This document shows positions 39,463 through 48,388 of a stretch of 64,000 nt of DNA, one piece after another. The DNA comes from an uncultured Gammaproteobacteria bacterium (lineage in GTDB: Bacteria; Patescibacteriota; Patescibacteriia; UBA2591; UBA6264). A program made the translations under genes and the position numbers. Under the pieces are notes generated by a model, which did not search any database, was not told where the DNA came from, and saw only the letters and a program-made list of their open reading frames with translations. Location: the NCBI GenBank assembly GCA_964596735.1, contig CAZQVF010000001.1, forward strand, positions 9,924-73,923. The letters run 5' to 3'. Within the stretch, counting starts at the first letter, position 1. Each line of letters starts with the position of its first letter.

Positions 39463-42400
39463 ATGAACAAACTTAAGAAATTGATTGCTTTAGGAACTAC
39501 CGTTTCAATGCTCTTGAGCTTAGTAGCAGTTTTACCTGCCAGCGCTATAACAATTGCTGATGGCGATTTAGTTAAAACCGCTGACAGTTCAGCTGTTTAC
39601 TATATTCAAGGAGCAAACAAACGTGTATTCCCACATTATAACGTTTATCTTTCTTGGGGCTATGCGGCAGACTTTTCAACAGTAAAAACAGTTAGTTCTT
39701 CAGAATTAGCTGCTTATGCTGATGCAAATGCCATGCCTTTCCGTGATGGTGCGCTATTTCGCGGAACAGCTGCCAGTTTAGGTGACAAAGACGCAACTGC
39801 GGTTTTCTATGTTGAAAACGCAATATTGCGCCCAGTTTTGTCAGAACAGGTCTATCAGGCTTTGTTCAGTGACTTAAGCTGGTCAAAGGTTACTTGGGTA
39901 CCAGATGATCTGTTGGTTAAGTTCAACTATGACATGGGCTCAGACCTTAGTTCATCTGCAACTCATCCTGATGGCGTTATCTTCAAATATTCTGGTTTAG
40001 ACCAGAAATATGTTGTTGAAAGTGGTAAAAAGCGCGCTATTTCAGACGCCGCTTTTGCTGCTAATCGCTACAGAGAAGCAGACGTTCTAACCCTTGATGT
40101 TAGTGAAACCTATGCTGATGGTTCAAGTGTCACTGGCGTTGAATCAGGATTATTAACTCCTGGTTGGCTTGGTGTTGTTGCTGAAGCAGCTGCTTTAACA
40201 GCGAGTTTATATAACACTCCAGCTGGAGGCACTGTTCCAGGCAACGCTAGTAATGTTTCTCTTCTCAGATTTAAACTAACGGCTGGTTCTTCAGCCGCTG
40301 CTGTTGATGGCTTAACCTTTAAAAGAACAAGCTTTGGAGAAACTACTGACTGGGATGCCCTTTATGTTTATGAAGGGAATGATTGTCTTACTCCAACTGG
40401 TAGAAGTTTAAGTTCAGATGATCACACCGTGGAATTTACTGCTTTAGGTCTTTCAGTTCCAGCGAATAGTTCTAAAATAATTGAACTACGTGGTGACATG
40501 ACTACCGCCGACAGCAATAGCAGTGCCTTTCAGTTAATCGCAGTTGAAAGTGCGGCTACTGTTAGTGGATTACCACTCACTGGTAATGTTATGGTTGTTG
40601 CCGCGGTTGATGTAACCACCGCTGCTCTTACTGATGGAACAGCTCCAATTAACCCTGCTGTTGGTGCCCAGAATGTGGAAATCGCTGCCTTTAAAATTCA
40701 GGCTAATGGCAATAATGATCTTACCTTTAGTCAGGCAGTGTTTACCTTTACTGGAACCATGTCAAGAAGTGACATCACCAATATAAATCTTTATTTACTT
40801 GGTGAAACTACTTCTTTAGCTAGCGCCGCTAGTATTGATTCTAATGATACCTTTACTATGACGCTTGCTTCTCCTTATGTCATTACCAAAGGTCAGACCA
40901 AAAACTTCTTATTAAAAGCTGATTTAGCTGGTGAAGTTGGTCGAACCTTGAAAATGTATATTGAGGAAACCTATCACTTAGCCGTTAGCGACAACCAGTA
41001 TAACTATGGAGCCAATGTTACCAATGGCTTTGATACTGGCGATGCCGCTACCTTGACCCTAGAGGGTGGTGAGATTACCATGACCGATAATGGTCCTGTT
41101 GCTGACGAGATTTCTCAAAATCAGCAAGATGTAGTTTTAACAAAAATTGCTGTAACCTCTAGTAGAGCCGTTGAGGTTCGCAAATTCTATGTCACTCTTG
41201 CTAGTGATGTTGCCGGAGGAGCAAATGATGCAGATGATATTACTGACTTAAGAATCAAAGACGAAGACACTGGTCAAACATTAATGACTACCAGTGCAAT
41301 AGGAACAACTATTGCTGGTAATTATTTAATGACTGGTACGTTTAATTTAACCGAAGACGTTACCCGTAATTTAATTATTACAGTTGACATTGGCGTTGAT
41401 GCAGACGACAGTCTTAGTGGTAAATATGTTTCTGGTGACCTAAAAGTAGTCGACAGAAGTGATGATTCAGTTGCTACTGGCGCTGCTTCAGAAGAAGCAC
41501 AAATAAGAGACGTGTCTACCGGTGATTGGGTTCTTACCGCTGATATCATTCCAATTACTATTAGTGGTGAAAATCAAACTGTTCAAGCACCTGCTTTAAC
41601 CATGGCTGAAGCTTCAACTCCAGTTAGTGGTTTAACAGTTGTTAAGGGAGCAGATAAAGTTGATGGTATTGGTATTGTATTTACAGCTGGCGATGCTTCT
41701 GCTATTAATATTAGGCAGTTTGCCGCTCGCGTTTATGTAAATACAGCCGCTACCTTCTTGGCCGCTGGTGAAGACTCTTCACCACAAGGCGAAGTAACCA
41801 CTGCTTATCTTTATGATGACAGTACTTTATTGTCTTCAAAGACTATTTCTGCTACTAGTGCTACCCATGATTACGGAGCAGTTACTTTTGACGGCCTTGA
41901 CGTTGATGTTTCTGCCGGTAGTACTAAAAAGTTAGTAATTAAGTATGATGTTAGCGATAGTTTAGCGGCTACCAGGTATGTAGCAGTTGGTATTTTAGAC
42001 TCAACTGTTACTGCTTATGACAGTCAAGGTGATGCAGTTACTGTCACTGATGATAGCGTTAACTATTACACTGACGATACAAGTGTACCAGATCACTATA
42101 AAACCCTTAGCACAGCTGGTTCATTAACTATGGCCCAAGATTCAGCAACACCTGATGCAGCAATTGTTTTAGCTGGAACAAGTAATGTTGAATTCTCTAA
42201 GATTAAGTTTACGGCTACCAATGAAAGTTGGACCATTAATAAACTTAGAGTAAAGATCGGTACCACAGCTAATGAAAGCAGTGTTTCCTCTGTCAAAATT
42301 ACCTACGAAGATACTACTAAGACAGGTTATTTGGCAAGTGGTTATGTTAACTTTACTAACTTAAATTGGGTTATTGGACAAGACAGTGAAGAGATTTTAA

Positions 42401-43200
42401 CCATTTCTGGTGATTTATCTGCAATAGATTCCAACATTGCCACCACCGGGCGTGAAATCAAACTTGGTATTGATGAAGACGAGGGCTTTGAAGCCGTTGG
42501 CGAATCATCTTCCACCACTACTGATTTAGCACTTGGTGATGTTGATGCCTGGGGCAATATTATGTATCTACGAAAGAGCATGCCAGCTCTAACCTCAGCT
42601 ACTGCCGACACAGCTTTAATTGCTAAATCAAATGCCATCATCCACTCCTTTACAGCGACCGCTTATTCAGCTGGTCCAATTACTGTAAAGAAGTTTAAGT
42701 GGGATGTTAATGTTGGTGATATTGACGGCGGAGGTGAATTAAAAGTGGATACCTGGAAGATCTACAAAAGCGGTAGCAGTACTGCTCTTGGTGGTCTTTG
42801 GTCTAATGGGACAACTACCAGTACAACCGGTGTTACTCCTCAACTTACAAATGGTTCTGGATACATACTTGTTGAACTTGATAGTGAAGTTGAAGTTGGC
42901 GCTGGAGAATCCAAGACCTTTACCTTGAAAGCAAGAGTTCAGGGTGTGGAAGAAAATGACAGTCTTGGTATTACCTTAGATTCTGATGGAGATACGACTA
43001 ATTTAACTGGTGGTTTAGCTAACCATGACACTGAAGGAGCTCGGCTTGATGATGGGACAACTGAATCAGCTGCTGAATTCCTATGGTCTGATAAGGCTCG
43101 TGGTGTGAATCACGCTGCAACAATGCAGAGCACTTATCTTGACTGGTCAAATGGTTACTTACTCAGTACCTTCCCACTTTCTAACACCCTGTCACAGTAA
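39463..43200 (+). CDS. S-layer-like secreted protein, 1245 aa, with N-terminal shared repeat domain
   Basis: Signal peptide ending ASA; acidic Ala/Thr/Ser/Asp-rich beta repeats; SD present; strong terminator. Confidence 0.8.
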   Translation: MNKLKKLIALGTTVSMLLSLVAVLPASAITIADGDLVKTADSSAVYYIQGANKRVFPHYNVYLSWGYAADFSTVKTVSSSELAAYADANAMPFRDGALFRGTAASLGDKDATAVFYVENAILRPVLSEQVYQALFSDLSWSKVTWVPDDLLVKFNYDMGSDLSSSATHPDGVIFKYSGLDQKYVVESGKKRAISDAAFAANRYREADVLTLDVSETYADGSSVTGVESGLLTPGWLGVVAEAAALTASLYNTPAGGTVPGNASNVSLLRFKLTAGSSAAAVDGLTFKRTSFGETTDWDALYVYEGNDCLTPTGRSLSSDDHTVEFTALGLSVPANSSKIIELRGDMTTADSNSSAFQLIAVESAATVSGLPLTGNVMVVAAVDVTTAALTDGTAPINPAVGAQNVEIAAFKIQANGNNDLTFSQAVFTFTGTMSRSDITNINLYLLGETTSLASAASIDSNDTFTMTLASPYVITKGQTKNFLLKADLAGEVGRTLKMYIEETYHLAVSDNQYNYGANVTNGFDTGDAATLTLEGGEITMTDNGPVADEISQNQQDVVLTKIAVTSSRAVEVRKFYVTLASDVAGGANDADDITDLRIKDEDTGQTLMTTSAIGTTIAGNYLMTGTFNLTEDVTRNLIITVDIGVDADDSLSGKYVSGDLKVVDRSDDSVATGAASEEAQIRDVSTGDWVLTADIIPITISGENQTVQAPALTMAEASTPVSGLTVVKGADKVDGIGIVFTAGDASAINIRQFAARVYVNTAATFLAAGEDSSPQGEVTTAYLYDDSTLLSSKTISATSATHDYGAVTFDGLDVDVSAGSTKKLVIKYDVSDSLAATRYVAVGILDSTVTAYDSQGDAVTVTDDSVNYYTDDTSVPDHYKTLSTAGSLTMAQDSATPDAAIVLAGTSNVEFSKIKFTATNESWTINKLRVKIGTTANESSVSSVKITYEDTTKTGYLASGYVNFTNLNWVIGQDSEEILTISGDLSAIDSNIATTGREIKLGIDEDEGFEAVGESSSTTTDLALGDVDAWGNIMYLRKSMPALTSATADTALIAKSNAIIHSFTATAYSAGPITVKKFKWDVNVGDIDGGGELKVDTWKIYKSGSSTALGGLWSNGTTTSTTGVTPQLTNGSGYILVELDSEVEVGAGESKTFTLKARVQGVEENDSLGITLDSDGDTTNLTGGLANHDTEGARLDDGTTESAAEFLWSDKARGVNHAATMQSTYLDWSNGYLLSTFPLSNTLSQ

Positions 43201-43243
43201 ACAATTGAAATAACGTTTTAATCGGAGCGTTAAACCGATTCAT

Positions 43244-43280
43244 AACAGGGGGCGGCAATAAAAGCCGCCGCCCTGTTTTT
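43244..43280 (+). terminator. Intrinsic terminator
   Basis: AACAGGG-GGCGGC-AATAAAA-GCCGCC-G-CCCTGTT-TTT. Confidence 0.88.
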
Positions 43281-43298
43281 ATCTAAAAAAAAGACATC

Positions 43299-43327
43299 TT
43301 GACAAAACGCCCATTTTGTGCTAAAAT
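43299..43327 (+). promoter_or_regulatory. sigma70 promoter, leaderless configuration
   Basis: TTGACA-17-TAAAAT with extended TG; ATG 6 nt downstream of the -10. Confidence 0.75.
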
Positions 43328-43333
43328 ATTGAT

Positions 43334-44746
43334 ATGAAAATAAACAAAGCAATAACAATTCTGATTATTAGCTTTTTTGTTATCCCCTTGTTCCCCAGGG
43401 TAGCTTTGGCATTGGCTGCACCAATTGAACAGGATTATAAATGTTATACTTTTCGTTCCTCAGGCTCATGTGATAGGGATTACAGCACGGTTGATTATGA
43501 AGATAATAAGATTTTTTTAAGAGAACAAGAAACTGGTGTTTGCTGGACTAGAGAGATTCGTTTTCGAGAGTATATTTATTCTTTAATTCCTAGCGGTGTA
43601 TATTCTACACCAAATGGAACTCAAGTGAGGCCTTCTGTTAGCTTTGAAGATGAAATTCAAGTACATTCATTAAATTGGAATGTTAAATATAAGCCGGAAG
43701 GGCTGTATAAAAAGTTGCGTTTAAAGATATTTTTAATGACTGATAATCCAGATGTTTCACCTAATGTTGAAGAGATTTGCTTAAACCTTGAATTACAAGA
43801 TCGTTCTGAAAGAGGACTTAAAAAAAGAGACGATACTAGAGTTTCTGAATTAGAAAAAACGAAAAGAGTTTTAAGTAATTATTATAATGATTTCAGCAAT
43901 TACCCTGTCGTTAATGCCAATGTAAGTGACAAAGACAGACAATGGGCGTTATTTGAAAATATTTTAGAATCAGCTTCACTTAGCCGCCGGGAAAACTATA
44001 CCCGGGGCTTGGTTGATCAGCCTCAGGGAGTTGATGACGAGTATAAATATGGGTATTTAGCCAACAACTCAGGGGCATATTATTTACTCTGGACTAAATT
44101 AGAAAATGTTAATTCAGAGCATTTCCAAGATTCTTGGCAGGGACAAATATTAGACGTGGATTGCACCCCACCTACTTATTGTATTTATTCAAAATCTGAT
44201 TATGTGGCCGAACCTCTTTTGCAATATTTTGATCGAGAAAAAAGAACAAGCCAAATTGAACAGGCTGAATTTATTAAAACAGATAATAATCCTCAAGTAT
44301 GGCTTAAGTTAAATGATTATCGTTTTTGGTTAAGAACCCCTGATGTTTTTACTCGAGCCGGTGGTGATTGGGATAATATTTCTTTAGCTTCGAGCTTGGG
44401 AGACGTTCCTTTATTGAAACTTGTTAAAAAACAAGATGAGCCAGAGGTCTATCTTGTTACTGCCTCAGGGTTTAAAAGACATATGCCTAACAGTCAAATT
44501 CTTCATTATTACGGACAGGCCGAAGAGGTTGTTAGTTTTGAAGATACAAAAGTAATTGATCTTTTGCCTGAAAATTATTTAATTAGAGGCAGGGGACAAA
44601 CCAAAGTCTATTTTCTTGATCAAAAGATAAAGAGATGGATTACCTCACCAGAGGTATTAGAAAAACTAGGTTTTGACTGGTTAGACGTGGTGGTGGTAGA
44701 GCCTGAAGAAGTTGATTATTATGCTGAAGGAGCACCGATTTTTTAA
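43334..44746 (+). CDS. Secreted protein with pilin/GspG-like helix and C-terminal repeats of the shared surface domain
   Basis: Signal peptide; RDDTRVSELEK...YYNDFSNYP; three IK/VK/IR...VY/W.....KR repeats. Confidence 0.7.
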   Translation: MKINKAITILIISFFVIPLFPRVALALAAPIEQDYKCYTFRSSGSCDRDYSTVDYEDNKIFLREQETGVCWTREIRFREYIYSLIPSGVYSTPNGTQVRPSVSFEDEIQVHSLNWNVKYKPEGLYKKLRLKIFLMTDNPDVSPNVEEICLNLELQDRSERGLKKRDDTRVSELEKTKRVLSNYYNDFSNYPVVNANVSDKDRQWALFENILESASLSRRENYTRGLVDQPQGVDDEYKYGYLANNSGAYYLLWTKLENVNSEHFQDSWQGQILDVDCTPPTYCIYSKSDYVAEPLLQYFDREKRTSQIEQAEFIKTDNNPQVWLKLNDYRFWLRTPDVFTRAGGDWDNISLASSLGDVPLLKLVKKQDEPEVYLVTASGFKRHMPNSQILHYYGQAEEVVSFEDTKVIDLLPENYLIRGRGQTKVYFLDQKIKRWITSPEVLEKLGFDWLDVVVVEPEEVDYYAEGAPIF

Positions 44747-44767
44747 TTAAGACATTGAGATATATGT

Positions 44768-44795
44768 CAAAAGGGAGTCAAGAGACTCCCTTTTG
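44768..44795. terminator. Intrinsic terminator
   Basis: CAAAAGGGAGTC-AAGA-GACTCCCTTTTG. Confidence 0.8.
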
Positions 44796-45015
44796 TGTTG
44801 ACACTCCTTAATACTTTGTTATCCTTGATTTAGGAGGCTTTAATTTCCTTGTATGGAGTTTCAAGCTAATAATTTTATCAAAAAACAAAAAAGTTCCTTA
44901 TATTATAGGTGGATTTTTTAAGAACGGTATTTTTATTTCCGTTTTTTTATTTAAAAATAAAATATCATAAAAAAAGAGGATAAAATTTCAGTAGATAAAT
45001 TAGAGCAATTATTAA

Positions 45016-45050
45016 ACAAAAACACCTTCTTATAAAGAAAGTGTTTTTGT
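45016..45050 (-). terminator. Hairpin downstream of tRNA-His
   Basis: ACAAAAACAC...GTGTTTTTGT inverted repeat. Confidence 0.55.
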
Positions 45051-45125
45051 GGGGTGGCCTAGGGGAATTGCACCCCTACTGAGAACTCCACAGGTTCCCG
45101 TGCTAACTGTTACACCAAGGCCACC
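45050..45125 (-). tRNA. tRNA-His(GTG)
   Basis: Encoded G-1 opposite C73, GGAAC-CTGTGGA-GTTCT anticodon arm, T loop TGCAATT, encoded CCA. Confidence 0.93.
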
Positions 45126-45133
45126 ATGTGTTC

Positions 45134-46300
45134 TTATACCTTAGCTAATTTTTTCAATGCGGCAACTTTATTTAACTTTTCCCAAGGCAAGTCTAAATCA
45201 TTTCTACCAAAATGTCCATAAGCAGCTACTTGCCTATAAATCGGCCGGCGTAGCCTCAGGTTTTTAATTAACATGCCTGGGCGTAGGTCAAAAACCTTAT
45301 TAACAATCTTAGCAATTTTTTCATCTGGTATTTTACCAGTATTAAAGGTGTCAATATTAATTGATAAGGGCTTGGCCACACCAATAACATAGGCTAATTG
45401 CACTTCAACCTTGTCAGCTAATTTAGCGCCAACAATATTTTTAGCCACCCAGCGAGCTCCATAGCTGCCTGAGCGATCAACCTTGGTGGGATCTTTACTA
45501 GAAAAACAGCCGCCGCCATGACGACCAATTCCACCATAAGTATCAACAATAATTTTTCTTCCTGTTAAACCAGTATCAGCTGCTGGCCCGCCTAAGACAA
45601 AACGACCAGTAGCATTAATGAAATATTTAGTGTTTTTATCAATCAATCTTTTAGGAACAACTGGTAGAATAACCTTTTTAATTATATCTTTCCTGAGTTT
45701 TTCTAAAGAAATTTTAGGACTGTGCTGAGCAGCAATAACCACGTTTTCGATCCTTTTGGCCTTCCCATTTTCATATTCAATAGTAATTTGACTTTTGCCA
45801 TCTGGCTTAAGATAGGGGAGGATTTTTTGTTTTCTAACTTGAGCCAGCTTTTTAGATAATTTATGAGCTAAAACAATTGGTAAGGGCATAAATTCTTTTG
45901 TTTCATTGCTAGCATAACCGTACATTAAGCCTTGGTCACCAGCTCCCAAATTAGTTAGTTTTTCTTTTTTATTTCGAGAGATGCCCTGAGCAATGTCTGG
46001 TGATTGAGAGTGAATTAAGGTAATTATTCCGCAGGTATCAGCATCAAGTCCATCATCTGTATGAGTATAACCAATTTCACGGATAATTTTTCTCACAAGT
46101 CGCGGTATTTCTACATAACAATTTGTGGTAATTTCTCCAGAGATAATTACTAAGCCCTTGGTGGTTAAGGTTTCGCAGGCGATCCTTGAATAAGGATCTT
46201 TAGCCAACAAAGCGTCTACAATGCCGTCTGAAATCTGATCAGCCACTTTATCAGGATGGCCTTCGGTGACAGATTCAGAAGTTAAGAATTTTTTTGTCAT
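45134..46300 (-). CDS. metK: S-adenosylmethionine synthetase
   Basis: [47 protein letters not shown]. Confidence 0.98.
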   Translation of the reverse strand: MTKKFLTSESVTEGHPDKVADQISDGIVDALLAKDPYSRIACETLTTKGLVIISGEITTNCYVEIPRLVRKIIREIGYTHTDDGLDADTCGIITLIHSQSPDIAQGISRNKKEKLTNLGAGDQGLMYGYASNETKEFMPLPIVLAHKLSKKLAQVRKQKILPYLKPDGKSQITIEYENGKAKRIENVVIAAQHSPKISLEKLRKDIIKKVILPVVPKRLIDKNTKYFINATGRFVLGGPAADTGLTGRKIIVDTYGGIGRHGGGCFSSKDPTKVDRSGSYGARWVAKNIVGAKLADKVEVQLAYVIGVAKPLSINIDTFNTGKIPDEKIAKIVNKVFDLRPGMLIKNLRLRRPIYRQVAAYGHFGRNDLDLPWEKLNKVAALKKLAKV

Positions 46301-46346
46301 AAAATTATTTTTAGATTCATTATACTTTAAAGTGATGTTGATAATT

Positions 46347-46420
46347 ATAAGAACCTTTCGCTCCGCTCAAGAACCCCGCCAAAGTTTCTTCGAAATTTAG
46401 GCGGGAACCTTGAAATTAAA
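46347..46420 (+). repeat. Dispersed GAACC-hairpin repeat, copy 4 (expanded, three GAACC)
   Basis: ATAAGAACC-TTTCGCTCCGCTCAA-GAACC-CCGCCAAAGTTTCTTCGAAATTTAGGCGG-GAACC-TTGAAATTAAA. Confidence 0.85.
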
Positions 46421-46486
46421 TTATTATTGCATAAAAATTAATGTAATTTAATTATAACAGGAATCTAACAGAAATAAAGAGAGGTC

Positions 46487-46514
46487 AAAAGGGAGACAAA
46501 TGTCTCCCTTTTTT
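46487..46514. terminator. Intrinsic terminator
   Basis: AAAAGGGAGACA-AA-TGTCTCCCTTTT; resembles the hairpin at 44768. Confidence 0.75.
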
Positions 46515-46536
46515 GAAAACTTGTTTCATTGTCAGC

Positions 46537-46773
46537 TCAGTCAACTCTTGTTCCGTCAGGACGGATGTTAAAAGATTCCCCATTTTTTTTCACCGGCGCT
46601 AAACCATTATGAAAATCTTCTACCCAGTCAAATCTTTGCTCATAGGCTGGTTCGCCGTCTTCTTGACGAACATGGAAATATTTACCATTTATTCCCACTG
46701 AGATTAAACCCTCATAAGCATTTCCTACAATAGGGTAACGCTGAAACAATTCATAAAGACTAATCGGGCTCAT
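46537..46773 (-). CDS. Small WG-repeat protein
   Basis: YEGLISV..NGK and FHNGLAPVKKNG..F.I..DG repeats; G-rich SD; own TTGACA promoter. Confidence 0.7.
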   Translation of the reverse strand: MSPISLYELFQRYPIVGNAYEGLISVGINGKYFHVRQEDGEPAYEQRFDWVEDFHNGLAPVKKNGESFNIRPDGTRVD

Positions 46774-46852
46774 GGTTTACCCCCTTTCTATGTTGTGTAT
46801 GTAAATATCAACTATTTATAGAATAACAAATATGAACATTTTGTCAATTATG

Positions 46853-46876
46853 AAAAAGAATACCCGCGAGGGTATT
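46853..46876 (-). terminator. Terminator after toxin gene
   Basis: AATACCC-TCGC-GGGTATT-CTTTTT on minus strand. Confidence 0.7.
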
Positions 46877-46903
46877 AAATTAATAGAAGTATTTAAAGAA
46901 AAA

Positions 46904-47164
46904 TTAAGAATATAAATTACTATGACTATCTACGACAACGAAAATACATTCTTCTTCACTAATAAATTTATAAATAGCCCTTAAATCTCCTGTTATGTTA
47001 ATACTCCGATAGTCAGTATATCTTCCTTTTAAGGAATGGTTATTAAGCTGAGCGTTAAACGGGTTTTTTAAAAATAATTCTAATCTTTCCCGCACTTTTT
47101 TTTGTTCTCTCTTTTTTAGTTTTTTATACTGTTTCTCAAAATTTTTGTGAAAACGAATATTCAT
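46904..47164 (-). CDS. RelE/YafQ family toxin (mRNA interferase)
   Basis: FEKQYKKL, LNNHSLKG.Y...RSINITGDLRAIY, HSNLY. Confidence 0.88.
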   Translation of the reverse strand: MNIRFHKNFEKQYKKLKKREQKKVRERLELFLKNPFNAQLNNHSLKGRYTDYRSINITGDLRAIYKFISEEECIFVVVDSHSNLYS

Positions 47165-47237
47165 AAGCAAAGCTTGAAATTTCTTCAGGACTCACAAATG
47201 TAAAAGTAAATTTTTCCATTTGATTCGCCCATTGAAA

Positions 47238-47513
47238 CTATAAAGAGGTAAAATGTTTCTTAATCTCTTTGTTAGAAGAAAAAATGCGGGAAATATTTCT
47301 ATTCCTCTGAATATCAAACTCTATTTTACCTAAAAGACTTTCCAGTTCCGGAGACATTTTAGGAGTAATAGTAAAATATACTTCTTTATTTCTGACAAAC
47401 TGCTTTAAGTAAGCATTAATTATTGCGCTTAAAGAAAAGCCCATTTCCTTGGCAAGTTTCTGGGCATGAATTTTCACATTTTTCTCGGTTTTAATATTGA
47501 TTACTGTTTTCAT
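47238..47513 (-). CDS. RelB/DinJ family antitoxin
   Basis: INIKTEKNVK..AQKLAKEMGFSLSAIINAYLKQFV ribbon-helix-helix; upstream of toxin. Confidence 0.85.
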   Translation of the reverse strand: MKTVINIKTEKNVKIHAQKLAKEMGFSLSAIINAYLKQFVRNKEVYFTITPKMSPELESLLGKIEFDIQRNRNISRIFSSNKEIKKHFTSL

Positions 47514-47549
47514 ACATCTAAAGTATATACAATGGTTAGTAGATGTCAA
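47514..47549 (-). promoter_or_regulatory. TA promoter/operator, leaderless
   Basis: TTGACA-16-TATACT on minus strand; inverted repeat ACATCTA/TAGATGT and palindrome GTATATAC overlap it. Confidence 0.7.
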
Positions 47550-47666
47550 GAGGGAATTGTGGAAAACTTTAATAGGCTTCGTTGGTTTAATTTTAAATGG
47601 TACCCAAGCATTTCAAAACGATGTATTGAAAGGTATTTTTGCAATAACAAAAATAATTTACCATTT

Positions 47667-48386
47667 TTATAATCGAAGAGGATTACCATCATTATCTATT
47701 AAGTCATAAAAGGTCTTATTGTGATCAAATTTATGTTTTATCCAGTTCTTTAAGTCATCCGAAACTGGCTCGCTATTCCAAATGGTAATCGTATAATTTG
47801 GTTTTTGAATAAGGAGCTGTAATTCTGAATATGAAGATTTCAAATAACAAGCCCTGAGGGAAACAGTGATCGTGCCGTCAATTTTTTTGATTATGCCTAT
47901 CATTTGATTAATCATATTTTTCGTGTATTTTGTATTTGGTAAATATGCTGTTGTCCAGCCGATTGAAAGGATCCCCTCAGGATAGTGTTTTTTACAAAGA
48001 TCAATAAATTCCATTGCTCGAAATTTAGGAATCTTGCCACCTGGTCCTTGCAAAATATCTGCATGAAGAAAGATCGGATTTTTCAGATTCGCTTTTTGTA
48101 ATTTTTTAAGGCAAAGGAGAACCACTGATGATTCCCTGAAATCCAGTTTTGCCCCTTTTTTTGAATCAGCTATTTTTTCAATCCAAACGTCAAAAGTCAA
48201 ATCAATTTCTTGGTTTGAGTCATGAGCTATGACAACGGTTTTCCCTTTCAGACAAATATCGCTTTCAATTACCATAATTTGTGGAGAATTACAGTATTTT
48301 TCTAGTTTTTGGAAACGATTTACCGCGTGTGCCCACCTTATATCCCACGGACATTCCACTTTAAAAAAAGATAATAAATTTTTCAT
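47667..48386 (-). CDS. FAM151/menorin (DUF2181) family PLC-like phosphodiesterase-fold protein
   Basis: WAHAVN, IESDI, IAH, KKGAKLDF, HADILQGPGG, LSIGWTT, TITIW, FYDL match the motif order of FAM151 as recalled. Confidence 0.8.
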   Translation of the reverse strand: MKNLLSFFKVECPWDIRWAHAVNRFQKLEKYCNSPQIMVIESDICLKGKTVVIAHDSNQEIDLTFDVWIEKIADSKKGAKLDFRESSVVLLCLKKLQKANLKNPIFLHADILQGPGGKIPKFRAMEFIDLCKKHYPEGILSIGWTTAYLPNTKYTKNMINQMIGIIKKIDGTITVSLRACYLKSSYSELQLLIQKPNYTITIWNSEPVSDDLKNWIKHKFDHNKTFYDLIDNDGNPLRL

Positions 48387-48388
48387 TA

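Noticed and set aside
46301-46480. SAM riboswitch upstream of metK
   Set aside because: No recognisable SAM-I/II/III consensus; the only structure there belongs to the dispersed repeat family.
47136-47240. TAG read-through extension of the antitoxin (frame stays open for 33 codons; internal ATG at 47219)
   Set aside because: The antitoxin is already full length, the extension has no motif, and other genes use TAG as a normal stop; likely chance.
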